NCBI GenBank assembly: GCA_902798595.1
Contig: CADBXE010000007.1
Coordinates: 1,800 to 65,799, forward strand
Length of the DNA stretch: 64,000 nt
DNA from: an uncultured Erysipelotrichaceae bacterium
GTDB taxonomy: Bacteria > Bacillota_I > Bacilli_A > RFN20 > CAG-826
Direction: 5' to 3'
Shown: positions 52,519-62,719 of the stretch, one piece after another
How positions within the stretch are numbered: position 1 is the stretch's first letter
Layout: the number at the start of each line of letters is the position of its first letter
Position numbers and translations under genes: made by a program
The notes under the pieces: model-generated
Databases searched by the model: none
Seen by the model: the letters and a program-made list of their open reading frames with translations, nothing else
Told to the model about the DNA's origin: nothing

Positions 52519-55263
52519 TTATCTACTAGCTTTTCTCTTTATAAAGAGAACAAGGGCAACAATTTCATGTACAACAAGTGGAGCGACACTTAACGCAATG
52601 ATTAAGCCCCAGTGAGCGATATCCAAAGGATAACAGGAGAAGAAACTATTTAAACCTGGAATATTAACGACAGCGACTTGCAAAGCAATGCCTGCAACGA
52701 AAGATATCCAGAGTAACCAGTTCTTGCTCCAGAAGTTGTGAACAAATGATTTTTTAAGCGATGTCATACCGAGCATATGGAATAACTCAGAGAGTGATAA
52801 AACACAGAATGCTGCGGTTTGAGATTGGGCTAAAACATCTTTATTCTTTTCAAATAATTCAGCAATAGCTTCAATGGATGTACAACCGTGTTCAAACATT
52901 GGAATCATTAAGAAAGCAAAGACAGTAGTGATGGTAATTAATAAACCATAACCGAAAGTAATGAAGTAACCACCTTTAGAGAATAAGGATTCTTTTGGAT
53001 TACGTGGCTTATCGTCCATAATGCCACTTTCCTTTTCATCAGCGCCTAAAGCAACCGCTGGTAAGGAGTCAGTGATTAAATTAACCCATAAGATATGGAT
53101 GGCTAATAATGGGGTTGGTAAGTTGTACTTAACCACAAATAAAGACATGATAACGATAGCAAACATTGCTAAGACTTCAGCAATATTTGTGGATAGTAAG
53201 AACAAGACTGTCTTTTTAATATTGGTATAAATACCACGACCTTCTTCCACTGCTTTTTCAATGGAAGCAAAGTTATCATCAGTTAAAACCATATCGGCAG
53301 CGCCTTTAGCAACATCAGTACCGGTAATACCCATGGCAATACCAATATCGGCAGCTTTTAAGCTTGGAGCGTCGTTAACACCATCACCAGTCATGGCGGC
53401 GATATTGCCATTATTACGGATAGCGGTTACGATTTGGACTTTATTTTCTGGTGAAACACGAGCAAATACGTGCACGGTCTTCACCTTTTCTTGCAATTGT
53501 TCTGGAGTTAAAGCATCGATTTCTTCGCCAGAAAGTGCTTCACCATTAGCGTCAGTAATGCCTAATTCTTTAGCAATCGCTAAGGCGGTTGTCTTATGGT
53601 CACCAGTAATCATGATGGTTGTAATACCAGCATTCTTGAAGATTGAAACAGCATTCTTCGCTTCTGGTCTTGGTGGATCAATCATGCCCACTAAACCGAG
53701 GAAGACTAAGTTTTCTTCTTTAAGTTCATCAGCGTATGTATAAGCAAGGCCTAAAACACGTAAGGCATCCACTGCCATCGCGTCACTTGCAGCCATGATT
53801 TTTTCTTTATCTTCTTTAGTGATTTTTCTTTCTTTACCATTGATACAAATACGGTCCGCTACTCTAAGGATGGAATCAATCGCACCTTTGGTGAAGATAA
53901 TCTTTTTACCTTCATAGGCGTGTTGAGTGGACATCATCTTACGTACGGAATCAAACGGATATTCATTAATACGTGGAGCAAGTTTTTCTAAATCACCTTT
54001 GTGTTGATTCATTTTGTTGGCGTATTCCACTAGAGCAATTTCAGTAGGGTCACCATAGAGGCCTTCATCAACTGAAGCATTAGAGCATAAAGACAAGCCC
54101 ATGGATAACATCTTGCAGTTATCTTTAAAGATATCTTCGTTAGCGACAAGTTGTTCGTCGATATACGCTCTCACCACTGTCATTTTGTTTTGTGTTAATG
54201 TACCTGTCTTATCAGAGCAAACAACGCTAACAGCGCCTAATGTTTCAACAGATGGGAGCTTTCTGACGATTGTGTTGGCCTTAACCATCTTTTGAACACC
54301 TAAAGCTAAAACGATAGTAACAACCGCTGGTAAACCTTCTGGGACAGCAGCAACCGCTAACGAAATAGCAAACATGAAGTTTTCAATAATGCCATCAAGC
54401 CAGCCTTCTGGTCCTAATGGGACATTCATGTTTTGTTTAACCAAATCAATGATTTGAATGCCGAATAAGAGAATGACAATACCAATAGTTAAGAAGCCTA
54501 AGAACTTAGATAACTTAGCGAGCTGTTTTTGAAGCGGAGTGGTATCATCTTCTCCTTCGGAGAGTAATTTAGCGATTTTACCAGTTTCGGTTTGTCCGCC
54601 AGTTAAAACGACAATGCCTTCACCACGTCCATATACCACAGGTGTGGACATATAAACCATGTTCACTCTATCACCGACACCGACTTCATCACTGAAGACG
54701 ATATTTGCATCTTTCTCAACTGGTAAAGATTCACCAGTTAAGGATGATTCATCTGTTTTTAAGTTAATAGCCTCAATTAAACGTAAATCTGCGGGAACTG
54801 TACGACCTTCTTCTAAGATGACAATATCACCGGGAACGAGTTCCTCGGCCTTTAATTCCACGAGTTTACCATCTCTTCTCACCACACATGTTGGGGAAGA
54901 CATTTTCTTTAAGGCTTCTAATGATTTCTCGGCTTTGTTTTCTTGAACAGTACCAATGATGGCGTTAAGAACGCAGACACCCATAATGATAACTGGGTCA
55001 GCAAAATCAAATGGTTCATGATTTTTAACTGTGTTAAAGATGGAAATAGCCACGCTTAATAAAGCCGCGGCTAAAAGAATAAAGATCATTGGATCATTAA
55101 ACTGTGATAAGAAAACTAAAAAAAGCGGAGTTTTCTTCTTTTCTGGTAATTTGTTGAACCCATATTTAACGAGTCTTTCACCAGCTTCTTGGCTAGATAG
55201 ACCTTGCTCAACATTACTATTCAGTTCTTGCAAGACCTCTTTAGAGCTTTTAGTTTCAAACAT
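52519..55263 (-). CDS. P2-type cation-transporting ATPase (Ca2+/Mn2+-type)
   Basis: TGES, CSDKTGTLT, MITGDH, GDGVNDAPSLK and 10 TM segments. The start is taken at MFETK, 8 nt after the GGAGG SD. Confidence 0.9.
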   Translation of the reverse strand: MFETKSSKEVLQELNSNVEQGLSSQEAGERLVKYGFNKLPEKKKTPLFLVFLSQFNDPMIFILLAAALLSVAISIFNTVKNHEPFDFADPVIIMGVCVLNAIIGTVQENKAEKSLEALKKMSSPTCVVRRDGKLVELKAEELVPGDIVILEEGRTVPADLRLIEAINLKTDESSLTGESLPVEKDANIVFSDEVGVGDRVNMVYMSTPVVYGRGEGIVVLTGGQTETGKIAKLLSEGEDDTTPLQKQLAKLSKFLGFLTIGIVILLFGIQIIDLVKQNMNVPLGPEGWLDGIIENFMFAISLAVAAVPEGLPAVVTIVLALGVQKMVKANTIVRKLPSVETLGAVSVVCSDKTGTLTQNKMTVVRAYIDEQLVANEDIFKDNCKMLSMGLSLCSNASVDEGLYGDPTEIALVEYANKMNQHKGDLEKLAPRINEYPFDSVRKMMSTQHAYEGKKIIFTKGAIDSILRVADRICINGKERKITKEDKEKIMAASDAMAVDALRVLGLAYTYADELKEENLVFLGLVGMIDPPRPEAKNAVSIFKNAGITTIMITGDHKTTALAIAKELGITDANGEALSGEEIDALTPEQLQEKVKTVHVFARVSPENKVQIVTAIRNNGNIAAMTGDGVNDAPSLKAADIGIAMGITGTDVAKGAADMVLTDDNFASIEKAVEEGRGIYTNIKKTVLFLLSTNIAEVLAMFAIVIMSLFVVKYNLPTPLLAIHILWVNLITDSLPAVALGADEKESGIMDDKPRNPKESLFSKGGYFITFGYGLLITITTVFAFLMIPMFEHGCTSIEAIAELFEKNKDVLAQSQTAAFCVLSLSELFHMLGMTSLKKSFVHNFWSKNWLLWISFVAGIALQVAVVNIPGLNSFFSCYPLDIAHWGLIIALSVAPLVVHEIVALVLFIKRKASR

Positions 55264-55284
55264 ATAGTGTTCCTCCAAAAAGAT

Positions 55285-55368
55285 ATTTGCGTCTTGCTCA
55301 TGAACTGGTTAGGTCCCGGGTTATTCACCGTGTTGACGAGATTCTAACTTCGCTACTCCCGCTTTTTA
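55285..55368 (-). promoter_or_regulatory. yybP-ykoY-like (Mn2+) riboswitch in the 5' leader of the P2-type ATPase
   Basis: The minus-strand leader is AAAGCGGGAGUAGCG...GUCAACACGG...UGAGCAAGACGC. It contains the two conserved blocks I recall for this class (GGGAGUAGCG and AGCAAGAC) with about 55 nt between them. The 3' block ends about 17 nt before the SD. Confidence 0.6.
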
Positions 55369-55433
55369 ATATTTGAAATGTATGTGCCTAAGCACGATTA
55401 AATAGTATATGAGTTTACTATTATTGTAAATAA

Positions 55434-56150
55434 TTATTCTTCAACAGGGATTGTTGGATAATCGATTTTCGGTTTGGACGCACCTTCTTTAAAGGTAAAG
55501 CTCTGACTATTAGAGAACGATCTATATATGAATAAATCGTTTTCATAGCGATAAGAAGTTTTCTCGCCATTACTAAAATAGAATGTCACCTTCTTATACC
55601 ATCCGTCAGAAACACACAAATCAGTCTTCACTAATTGTTTTAGCCAAAAGATGGAACAGTTATATTCGATATCTCTAGTATCAGTACTGTATTGAACTGC
55701 TGGTGTATATGCGAAAGGCGGGTTAACTCCACCATCTTCGATTTCCACAGCGGTCACCATATCTTTTGAAACGCTGAAGATATGTAGTTCGTTCATCGAG
55801 TACTCTCTATCGACATAGATTTCATCTCCAATGCCTAATGTCACATCGCTTGCGGGCATCGTGAATTCATAATATTTGTAGCCATTAAGGCTCATGTCAT
55901 CTTTTGTGGGCGTTAATTTTTCGTTATTCAAATAAGCATAGAAAGAAACGTCTGTGACAATTTTGATTTTAAAAGAAAACTTAGTGTTTTCCTTATAATC
56001 ACCTTCCTTTGGAAGGCCAACACAAAGATCTGTCGTTTTGCTATCAATAGTCAAATGATACTTTGATATAGAAGCATCTTCTTTGTCACACGCAGTGACT
56101 GTTAAAGTAAGGGACATTAGCCCCAATAAAAGGAACGTTTTGGTTTTCAT
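55434..56150 (-). CDS. Lipoprotein, unknown function
   Basis: Signal peptide with lipobox VTAC. Confidence 0.55.
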   Translation of the reverse strand: MKTKTFLLLGLMSLTLTVTACDKEDASISKYHLTIDSKTTDLCVGLPKEGDYKENTKFSFKIKIVTDVSFYAYLNNEKLTPTKDDMSLNGYKYYEFTMPASDVTLGIGDEIYVDREYSMNELHIFSVSKDMVTAVEIEDGGVNPPFAYTPAVQYSTDTRDIEYNCSIFWLKQLVKTDLCVSDGWYKKVTFYFSNGEKTSYRYENDLFIYRSFSNSQSFTFKEGASKPKIDYPTIPVEE

Positions 56151-56159
56151 AAGTCTTAA

Positions 56160-56534
56160 TTATTTGTTTGTGGTGCTAAGCAACAACGCTAAGAAGGCGG
56201 AGATGACTAGCAAGACAGAAGCAGCAAATAAGATAAGACTACCCACTCTAATCATTCTTCTGTGTTTAAGATCAATAACAAAGAAGTCACTGAATAAGCA
56301 AACCATATCAGTGATAAGGGCTACTAAGGCCACTAAGGCTGGTGGAATGCCTAAACCCAAAGTGATTGATAACGGAGAAGAATAATAAGGAACGTACTTC
56401 ATCTGATCGGAATCATAGTAACTAGTACGGAACCAAGGGATGATTAATAGTAAAATAAGACATGCACAAATAGCGGCGACTGCAATAGTAATCGCACGTT
56501 TGTTGAGATTGACTTTTTTAAGATTGTTTTCCAT
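56160..56534 (-). CDS. Small polytopic membrane protein
   Basis: 124-aa hydrophobic ORF in operon-like spacing. Confidence 0.45.
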   Translation of the reverse strand: MENNLKKVNLNKRAITIAVAAICACLILLLIIPWFRTSYYDSDQMKYVPYYSSPLSITLGLGIPPALVALVALITDMVCLFSDFFVIDLKHRRMIRVGSLILFAASVLLVISAFLALLLSTTNK

Positions 56535-56583
56535 ATCTTTTCACCACCTCTCACTAATTAGACGATTCAACAATTGGAAATTG

Positions 56584-57129
56584 CTAAAAAAGGGAATTAA
56601 CAATAATTGGTGTGGCAATCGCGACAGCGATAATTAGGAACACTAAGACAAGAATTAAAGGCGCATATTTTCTTCCTTCTCTTACCATGAGCATTCTATT
56701 CTCATATTTCTTGCCGATTTTTTGATAATCTTCATAAGATAATTCATCATAATAATGTTCGTTAATATATTTCACTAAATCGCTATCTTCTTTGGTGTGG
56801 ATATAACACATCTGGTCATATCCAATAGCAAAGGCGATTGCTTTGACTTCTTTTTTGCCATTAGGCGCCATCACGAGATTAACTCTCCTAATAGCTTTAA
56901 CTTCATTCATCGCAAAGAGTTTTTCAAAGCGGTTAGGATCTTTGCTCATCGCTTCAAGAACGATGATACCGATAATTGTGATGAACAAGAGAATTGTAAA
57001 GAGGAAACGGTAGAAGACACCCTTATCTTCACACATCTCATCATTAATCACTCTAAGGCGTACTTTTCGATAGAGACCTTTTTGATCAATGATTTCTGCT
57101 TTAAAAGACTTTTTACTACTAATAGTCAT
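56584..57129 (-). CDS. Membrane protein, unknown function
   Basis: 181-aa ORF with two TM helices. Confidence 0.45.
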   Translation of the reverse strand: MTISSKKSFKAEIIDQKGLYRKVRLRVINDEMCEDKGVFYRFLFTILLFITIIGIIVLEAMSKDPNRFEKLFAMNEVKAIRRVNLVMAPNGKKEVKAIAFAIGYDQMCYIHTKEDSDLVKYINEHYYDELSYEDYQKIGKKYENRMLMVREGRKYAPLILVLVFLIIAVAIATPIIVNSLF

Positions 57130-57236
57130 ATTTTTTTCCTAATTTCATTATAGCAAACAAATAACCCATAAGTTAATTTATTTAGAATATTTCTAAACTT
57201 AGTTATTCCCTATATAAGCCCTTCTTTAGACTATTT

Positions 57237-57265
57237 AAAAAATAAAAGCCCTGAATTAACAGGGC
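57237..57265 (-). terminator. Terminator after tRNA-Leu(CAA)
   Basis: Minus strand GCCCUG-UUAAUU-CAGGGC followed by UUUUAUUUUUU. Confidence 0.75.
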
Positions 57266-57277
57266 ATTTTGTCTAAG

Positions 57278-57364
57278 TGGTGCCCGAGGCCGGAATCGAA
57301 CCGGCACGGTATCGCTACCGCTGGATTTTGAGTCCAGTGCGTCTACCAGTTTCACCACTCGGGC
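57278..57364 (-). tRNA. trnL: tRNA-Leu (anticodon CAA), long variable arm
   Basis: GCCCGAGTGGTGAAACTGGTAGACGC...CTCAAAA...CCGGTTCGATTCCGG...CGGGCACCA. Confidence 0.95.
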
Positions 57365-57418
57365 AGTGAGTTAATTATATAACAGTGATGAAAAAGATAG
57401 AAACACTAATTTTATTAA

Positions 57419-58300
57419 TTAATCGCGATTTTCTCCAACATAGAAGATTGCTAATGAATCTGGACCAATATGCGCACCTGTGATAAGGTCATAGAAATAG
57501 ATTTCCACGTTCTTAATACCATGGTCTACTAAGTAGTTCTTTACGGATAAAGCATCATCGTAAGCATCACAGTGGGAGATATAGACTGTTTGCTTTTCTG
57601 GATGTCTGATTTTAGCGATACACGTTTCCGCAAGACGACGTAAAGCCATTTTACGGCCACTGACTTTACCAGCTACTTCAATCTTGGATTTATTGCTACC
57701 TTTAAGGATGAATTTGATTCTCAAGAAGTTAATGAATTTTGCTAACAAAGCGGATACCCTACCCTTTTTGATTAGGTATTTGATATCACCCACAGTAAAC
57801 TCACTTCTCACTTGAAATTTGAACTTTTCACATTCATAGCAAATGTTTTTGAAACTCATACCCTTCTTCACTAACTCATAGGCATGGAGTGCTTGTAAGC
57901 CTTCACCAAAGCCTGCGGTCGCACTATCGACGATATAGACCATTTCTTTACCTTGTTCTCTATTGATGTTGTCTCTAGCGATACAAGCGGAGTTATATGT
58001 TCCTGAAATACCTTTAGCCATAACAAAGCAGATAATTTGATTACCTTCTTCGATATCTTTCTTAAAAGCTTCTTCATAAGTATAGGGAGTAATTTGTGAT
58101 GTATTTATATTTCTTCCTTCACGCATTTTCTCGTAGAAGGAACGAGAGAATTGATCGACATCAATTTCATCTTTGTAACATTGGTAGATTTTTTCATCAA
58201 CGGTTAACGACATATTAACCACGGTAATGTCTGCATTTCTTTTTTTAATGATGCCTGAGAATAAATTGCTTCCGGCATCAGCGTAAATCTTAATAGCCAT
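57419..58300 (-). CDS. DegV-family fatty-acid-binding protein
   Basis: The length and the N-terminal IKIYADAGSNL / GISGTYNSA pattern are typical of DegV. Confidence 0.8.
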   Translation of the reverse strand: MAIKIYADAGSNLFSGIIKKRNADITVVNMSLTVDEKIYQCYKDEIDVDQFSRSFYEKMREGRNINTSQITPYTYEEAFKKDIEEGNQIICFVMAKGISGTYNSACIARDNINREQGKEMVYIVDSATAGFGEGLQALHAYELVKKGMSFKNICYECEKFKFQVRSEFTVGDIKYLIKKGRVSALLAKFINFLRIKFILKGSNKSKIEVAGKVSGRKMALRRLAETCIAKIRHPEKQTVYISHCDAYDDALSVKNYLVDHGIKNVEIYFYDLITGAHIGPDSLAIFYVGENRD

Positions 58301-58425
58301 AAGTAACCCTCCTTTGGGACCGAGAGTATCTTAAGAAAATTAATAAATTTTATAAATCTATTAATAAAAAAGATTTTTCTATCGTGAAAAACCTTAATTC
58401 TACTCGAAAAATATTAAAAAGTAGA

Positions 58426-59880
58426 TTACTTCGTAATCTGATTGTCTAAACCACCATCAACAATGTAATCTTTTAATAAATCACGGGCATAGTAACAATT
58501 AATGTCATATGTATCAACAATGGTTAAATTGTTAGGGCCAAAGTCTGAACAATATGAGTCAGTAACAATGTAATATGTCTCATTGTTATTCACATTATTA
58601 ACTAAGCCTTCACCATAATTAGAATAGCTGATGAAATAGTTTTCATTATCAGTGTTAATAAACTGTTTTAAGAGGTAATATCCAGTAACAGAACAAAGTT
58701 GGATGTCATTATCAAATGGGAAGAGATTATATATATCAGCATAACTCACATCCCCAGATGGTAAATAATATGGGGAACGGCATGAAATATAACCACCACC
58801 AAGGAAGATATCGTATTGTTCGCCCCACTTTTCTAGACCCGCTTCTAAATATAGAGAACTAACAAGATTTCTTAAGAATGTAGAATCTCTTCTTGAAGAG
58901 TTATAGCCAATTGGCATTCTAGCGGTACCAATCACACTGTTATACTTAGCAAACAGTTCGTTTGTTTTTGTGTCTTCTTCTAACTTGCTATATTCATTAG
59001 TGTACACACTCTTAATCTTTTTGATTTCATAAGTATCATTCGCGGTATCAATATCAATGGAGATGTATGGAAGACTCTTATTGTAACCACCACCCTGAAG
59101 GTGATAGACGCCTTTTCCATCTTTTCTAGCGTAATTCTTATGTGTATGGCCTTCTAAGACAAGATCGACATAGCCATCACTTAATTCCAAATTATAAGCA
59201 CTATCATCATCGTGAATTGAATAGATAATAAAGTCACATCCTTGTTCTTTTAAGGATTTTGCCTCCGCTTTCACTAGGGAAGTTAATTCATCTCCAACCT
59301 TAAAGTAGATGTCTTTAACTTGTGAAGACGAGATAGAAGAATAGCAATCACCAATTGCCCCAATGATACCAATTTTGGCATCTCCTCTATCAACGATGAC
59401 AGAAGGTTGACAATAACTTACTAAAGCATTAGTTTCAGTGCTATAAACGTTAATCGCTAAGAATGGGAAATTCGCTAACTCTTTATTAGCGATGATATCA
59501 TCTTGACCCCAGTCAAATTCGTGATTGCCTAAAGTCATGGAGACGAAGCCTTGTTCATTCATCCATTCGGTAACTAAGTTACCGTGAGTTAAGTTACTTT
59601 CCGCTGAACCTTGCCACATATCTCCTTGAGAAATATATAACTTTTGCGGACTATCTTTTGTTAAAGAATTTATTAAAGTCGCTGTTTTGGACAAGCCTAA
59701 ACCAGTATCGGAATCTAAAGTGTTACCATGAAAATCATTAAAAGCAACGATATCTAGACTAACGATATTTGGTTTGTTCGGCTTGTTAGATGCCTTGTTA
59801 TTACCGCGAGCATTATGACAGCTCACTAAAGATAATGAGAGGACAACAGCACTAATGGCGAGAGAGAATGCTTTCTTCAT
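58426..59880 (-). CDS. Lipoprotein 5'-nucleotidase/metallophosphoesterase
   Basis: Lipobox LVSC plus the motifs NDFHG, GDMWQGS, GNHEFDWG and GHTHK. The start is taken at MKKAFS. Confidence 0.8.
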   Translation of the reverse strand: MKKAFSLAISAVVLSLSLVSCHNARGNNKASNKPNKPNIVSLDIVAFNDFHGNTLDSDTGLGLSKTATLINSLTKDSPQKLYISQGDMWQGSAESNLTHGNLVTEWMNEQGFVSMTLGNHEFDWGQDDIIANKELANFPFLAINVYSTETNALVSYCQPSVIVDRGDAKIGIIGAIGDCYSSISSSQVKDIYFKVGDELTSLVKAEAKSLKEQGCDFIIYSIHDDDSAYNLELSDGYVDLVLEGHTHKNYARKDGKGVYHLQGGGYNKSLPYISIDIDTANDTYEIKKIKSVYTNEYSKLEEDTKTNELFAKYNSVIGTARMPIGYNSSRRDSTFLRNLVSSLYLEAGLEKWGEQYDIFLGGGYISCRSPYYLPSGDVSYADIYNLFPFDNDIQLCSVTGYYLLKQFINTDNENYFISYSNYGEGLVNNVNNNETYYIVTDSYCSDFGPNNLTIVDTYDINCYYARDLLKDYIVDGGLDNQITK

Positions 59881-60019
59881 ATGCAACACATTTTATTATA
59901 TTTTCTAATAATAAAAAATAGAGAAACACTATTTATTAGCAGATTAGCCCACACAAAATGTCTAATTAGCGAAAGCAACAATTGCGCTTTACGCTTGAGG
60001 AAAGGATAATAAAATCACC

Positions 60020-60784
60020 ATGAAAAATGGATTAAAACTATTTCCCTTAATAATGATGTCGCCACTACTTATGGCCACTGCGACAAGTCCTACTCTCACT
60101 ACTTATTATGAAGATGTTGATGTCCGTGTGAACTATATTGGCGAAGATACAACTAGAAATGACATCAATAACATTTGTTACGAAATAGAAGTTAAAAATG
60201 TAGGCTCTAAGCACATTGCTCCATTTACTACTGCGTTATTTATTGAAGATAGAACCGGTAGAGGTTTTAATATCCCGTTAGAACAAACAAGCCAAGTGTT
60301 TGTCAATCAAACAATTGCCCCAAATGGTACAGAAAAATATCATACATATGTTTCTAAAAGTTTTGATTTTGCTCAAAGATACGATGTCAGATTCAACTGT
60401 TATGAAATAGAAGTTAATGTCGATTTCACAGGCGCAGAGATTAAAGAAGATTATAAGCAAAACAACCGCTATGTCTTAAAAGTGAGTAATAGTCAAATTC
60501 CTGATAAAAACTTAGCGTTATTCTTAGACGTCACCTATAAAGGTGAAGAAAAGAGTTTCTATATGTTCTTCAACAGTGCAAATAGAACATTCAACACCAA
60601 TGAAAAACTTGATCTTAAACAATTAACAATTAACAACATTACTGCTTATAGAGAGGCGGAACCCGCTAAAAACTCCAGATGGTCATTAAACACAGTACTT
60701 TGGATCTTGTTAGCTGTCTTTTTCTCTCTCATCTTAGCAGCAATATTGGTTCCTGTAATCATTACTTCAATTAAAAGAAGATAG
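60020..60784 (+). CDS. Secreted protein with C-terminal membrane anchor, unknown function
   Basis: Signal peptide, a beta-rich body, and a C-terminal TM helix followed by KRR. Confidence 0.5.
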   Translation: MKNGLKLFPLIMMSPLLMATATSPTLTTYYEDVDVRVNYIGEDTTRNDINNICYEIEVKNVGSKHIAPFTTALFIEDRTGRGFNIPLEQTSQVFVNQTIAPNGTEKYHTYVSKSFDFAQRYDVRFNCYEIEVNVDFTGAEIKEDYKQNNRYVLKVSNSQIPDKNLALFLDVTYKGEEKSFYMFFNSANRTFNTNEKLDLKQLTINNITAYREAEPAKNSRWSLNTVLWILLAVFFSLILAAILVPVIITSIKRR

Positions 60785-60812
60785 AAGCGCTACTACGTAG
60801 CGTTTTCTTTTT
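60785..60812 (+). terminator. Terminator of the plus-strand gene
   Basis: aagcgctac-tac-gtagcgtt followed by a T-rich run. Confidence 0.7.
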
Positions 60813-60816
60813 GCGA

Positions 60817-60840
60817 AAGAAAAACGCTCGTTGAGCGTTA
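60817..60840 (-). terminator. Terminator of the DUF4097 operon
   Basis: Minus strand AACGCUC-AAC-GAGCGUU followed by UUUUCUUU. Confidence 0.65.
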
Positions 60841-60846
60841 ATCTTT

Positions 60847-61803
60847 TTAAGCGATGGAAATATCGATTGGACCAGTATCGGTGTCAATCTTGCAAACGCC
60901 ACCACTCCATTCACTGACAGGTGGCAGTTTTGGTTTGCCAACATCAGAAGAGACATCAAACATTTTTGGTGTTAAAAGTGTGCCTTTGATGCTGCCTGTA
61001 TCTGTTCTAATGTCCATGGTTTCAGCATCGCTCTTAGTGAACACTACAGCACCTGTACTTGTTTTAACTTCCATATGGGTGTCAACTACTGTATTTATGA
61101 AAATGACATCACCTGTACTTGTTTTGGATTTATAAGAAAGGGCTTTAACGTTTTCAAAACGTAAATCACCTGTGGAGGATGTGCAATCAATTGCGCCTTT
61201 GATTTCAGCGTTCTTGCAATTAAGATTTCCAGTGGATGATTTGAACTTCAAACTATTGCCATCAACATCTGCAAGACGGACATTACCAGTATGAACTTTG
61301 ATGTCAATATCACCACTGGCTTTGCTATTGATTGTCATATTACCAGTATCAGATTCAAGTGTCATATTAGCGAATGTGAAATCTTTTGGAATACTGACGT
61401 TACCAGTATTGGTATCGATAGTAACATCGCTATAATCTGTTTCTGGTAAGTAAACCGCGATATCCATTGATCTCCAATTGAAGTTAAATAAGTACTTTTG
61501 ATACCATTTGCGTTCATCAATTTGTTTAATTGTTAAGAGTTTATTGGAAACGCTGACTGAGTGATAAACCTTTTCTTTTTCTGTGCAGACGACTTTAATC
61601 TTATCGTCTTCAGCTTTTTCAAAGTGCACATTAGCGGTAGAAACATCAATACTGATGTTATCCGCATCTTCTTCCAAAACATATTCGTTTGTGACGAAAC
61701 CGTCATTTATTTTACCTTTGTGAATGCCATACGCAAGAACTGCGGCACCACCTACGAGGCAAACGCCTCCAAGGACAATTAGTCCTACAACAAAACCTTT
61801 CAT
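60847..61803 (-). CDS. DUF4097-like beta-repeat protein (putative adhesin fold), membrane anchored
   Basis: N-terminal TM helix followed by repeated (S/T)(S/D)TG(N/D/A)(V/L/M) strand motifs, for example TNTGNVSI, SDTGNMTI, HTGNVRL, SSTGNLNC, SSTGDLRF, TSTGDVIF and TSTGAVVF. Confidence 0.7.
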   Translation of the reverse strand: MKGFVVGLIVLGGVCLVGGAAVLAYGIHKGKINDGFVTNEYVLEEDADNISIDVSTANVHFEKAEDDKIKVVCTEKEKVYHSVSVSNKLLTIKQIDERKWYQKYLFNFNWRSMDIAVYLPETDYSDVTIDTNTGNVSIPKDFTFANMTLESDTGNMTINSKASGDIDIKVHTGNVRLADVDGNSLKFKSSTGNLNCKNAEIKGAIDCTSSTGDLRFENVKALSYKSKTSTGDVIFINTVVDTHMEVKTSTGAVVFTKSDAETMDIRTDTGSIKGTLLTPKMFDVSSDVGKPKLPPVSEWSGGVCKIDTDTGPIDISIA

Positions 61804-62408
61804 TACTTTCTATCTCCTTTTCTGATGAACCAGGATTTAATTCCTATGAACATCCCTCTAGTGGCTTTTGCCATGCCTTTAGTAATTCCATAACACGCAA
61901 AGCCAAACATAATTGCACCACCAAAGCACATCATTGAAATACCCAAATATGGGAGATTTGCGGTGATGCCACCACCATCGAAATAGCCGAGGAAGAAACT
62001 CAATAAGCCCATAAAACATGCGGCGATTAATGATGTTTCTACAGCATAGCTAACGATTGCGCCAGTCCACATCAGGATAAATCCGACAAATATGAGGACA
62101 AATCCAGTGATTAATAATGGGAACCAAAGTGGGAAGCCTAAGACAATAAGGACTACTTCCCAACCTCTTAATCTTCTCTTTGGTTTCATCTTGTGTCTGA
62201 CCAAGCTGACTAATGGTGTTTCTTTTGCAATTTGTTTAATTACTTCATCTACTGTACCGATATCATTGACGGCTTCTTCTTCAGATTTGCCTTCATCCAT
62301 ACGATCGTTAATCATTTCTTCGTAGAAGCTGATACGTTCGTCGATGTCCGCTTGTGGTAGACCGACAAGTTTGCTTCTAAGTTCATCTAAGAATTCTTTC
62401 TTTTTCAT
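61803..62408 (-). CDS. DUF1700-like membrane protein
   Basis: N-terminus KKEFLDELRSKLVGLPQADIDERISFYEEMI followed by TM helices. The start is taken at MKKKEF, overlapping the PadR stop. Confidence 0.6.
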   Translation of the reverse strand: MKKKEFLDELRSKLVGLPQADIDERISFYEEMINDRMDEGKSEEEAVNDIGTVDEVIKQIAKETPLVSLVRHKMKPKRRLRGWEVVLIVLGFPLWFPLLITGFVLIFVGFILMWTGAIVSYAVETSLIAACFMGLLSFFLGYFDGGGITANLPYLGISMMCFGGAIMFGFACYGITKGMAKATRGMFIGIKSWFIRKGDRK

Positions 62409-62719
62409 ACCTGCTCCCCTCTTTCTATGAAGGAATAAATTTCCATTATTTCCTTCCATTCATTTTTGAAGTCTTCGATTCTTTGACGCCCAGTGCTGGT
62501 TATACGATAGTACTTTCTTAACCGGCCCTCATATTCCGCGGTTCGAGTAATGAGCATGTGTGAATCTTCTAGACGTTTCAAGATGGTATAGAGAGTGGAT
62601 TCTGATAATTCTAAGATTGGTTTTAGGTCTTTAATAATCTTATAGCCATAGGAATCTTCGTTCTTAATAGCCGCTAAGACGCAGACATCTAGTACACCTC
62701 TTTTTAATTGAGCATCCAT
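62405..62719 (-). CDS. PadR-family transcriptional regulator (short type)
   Basis: LDVCVLAAIKNEDSYGYKIIKDL...TLYTILKRLE...RKYYRITSTG. Confidence 0.85.
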   Translation of the reverse strand: MDAQLKRGVLDVCVLAAIKNEDSYGYKIIKDLKPILELSESTLYTILKRLEDSHMLITRTAEYEGRLRKYYRITSTGRQRIEDFKNEWKEIMEIYSFIERGEQV

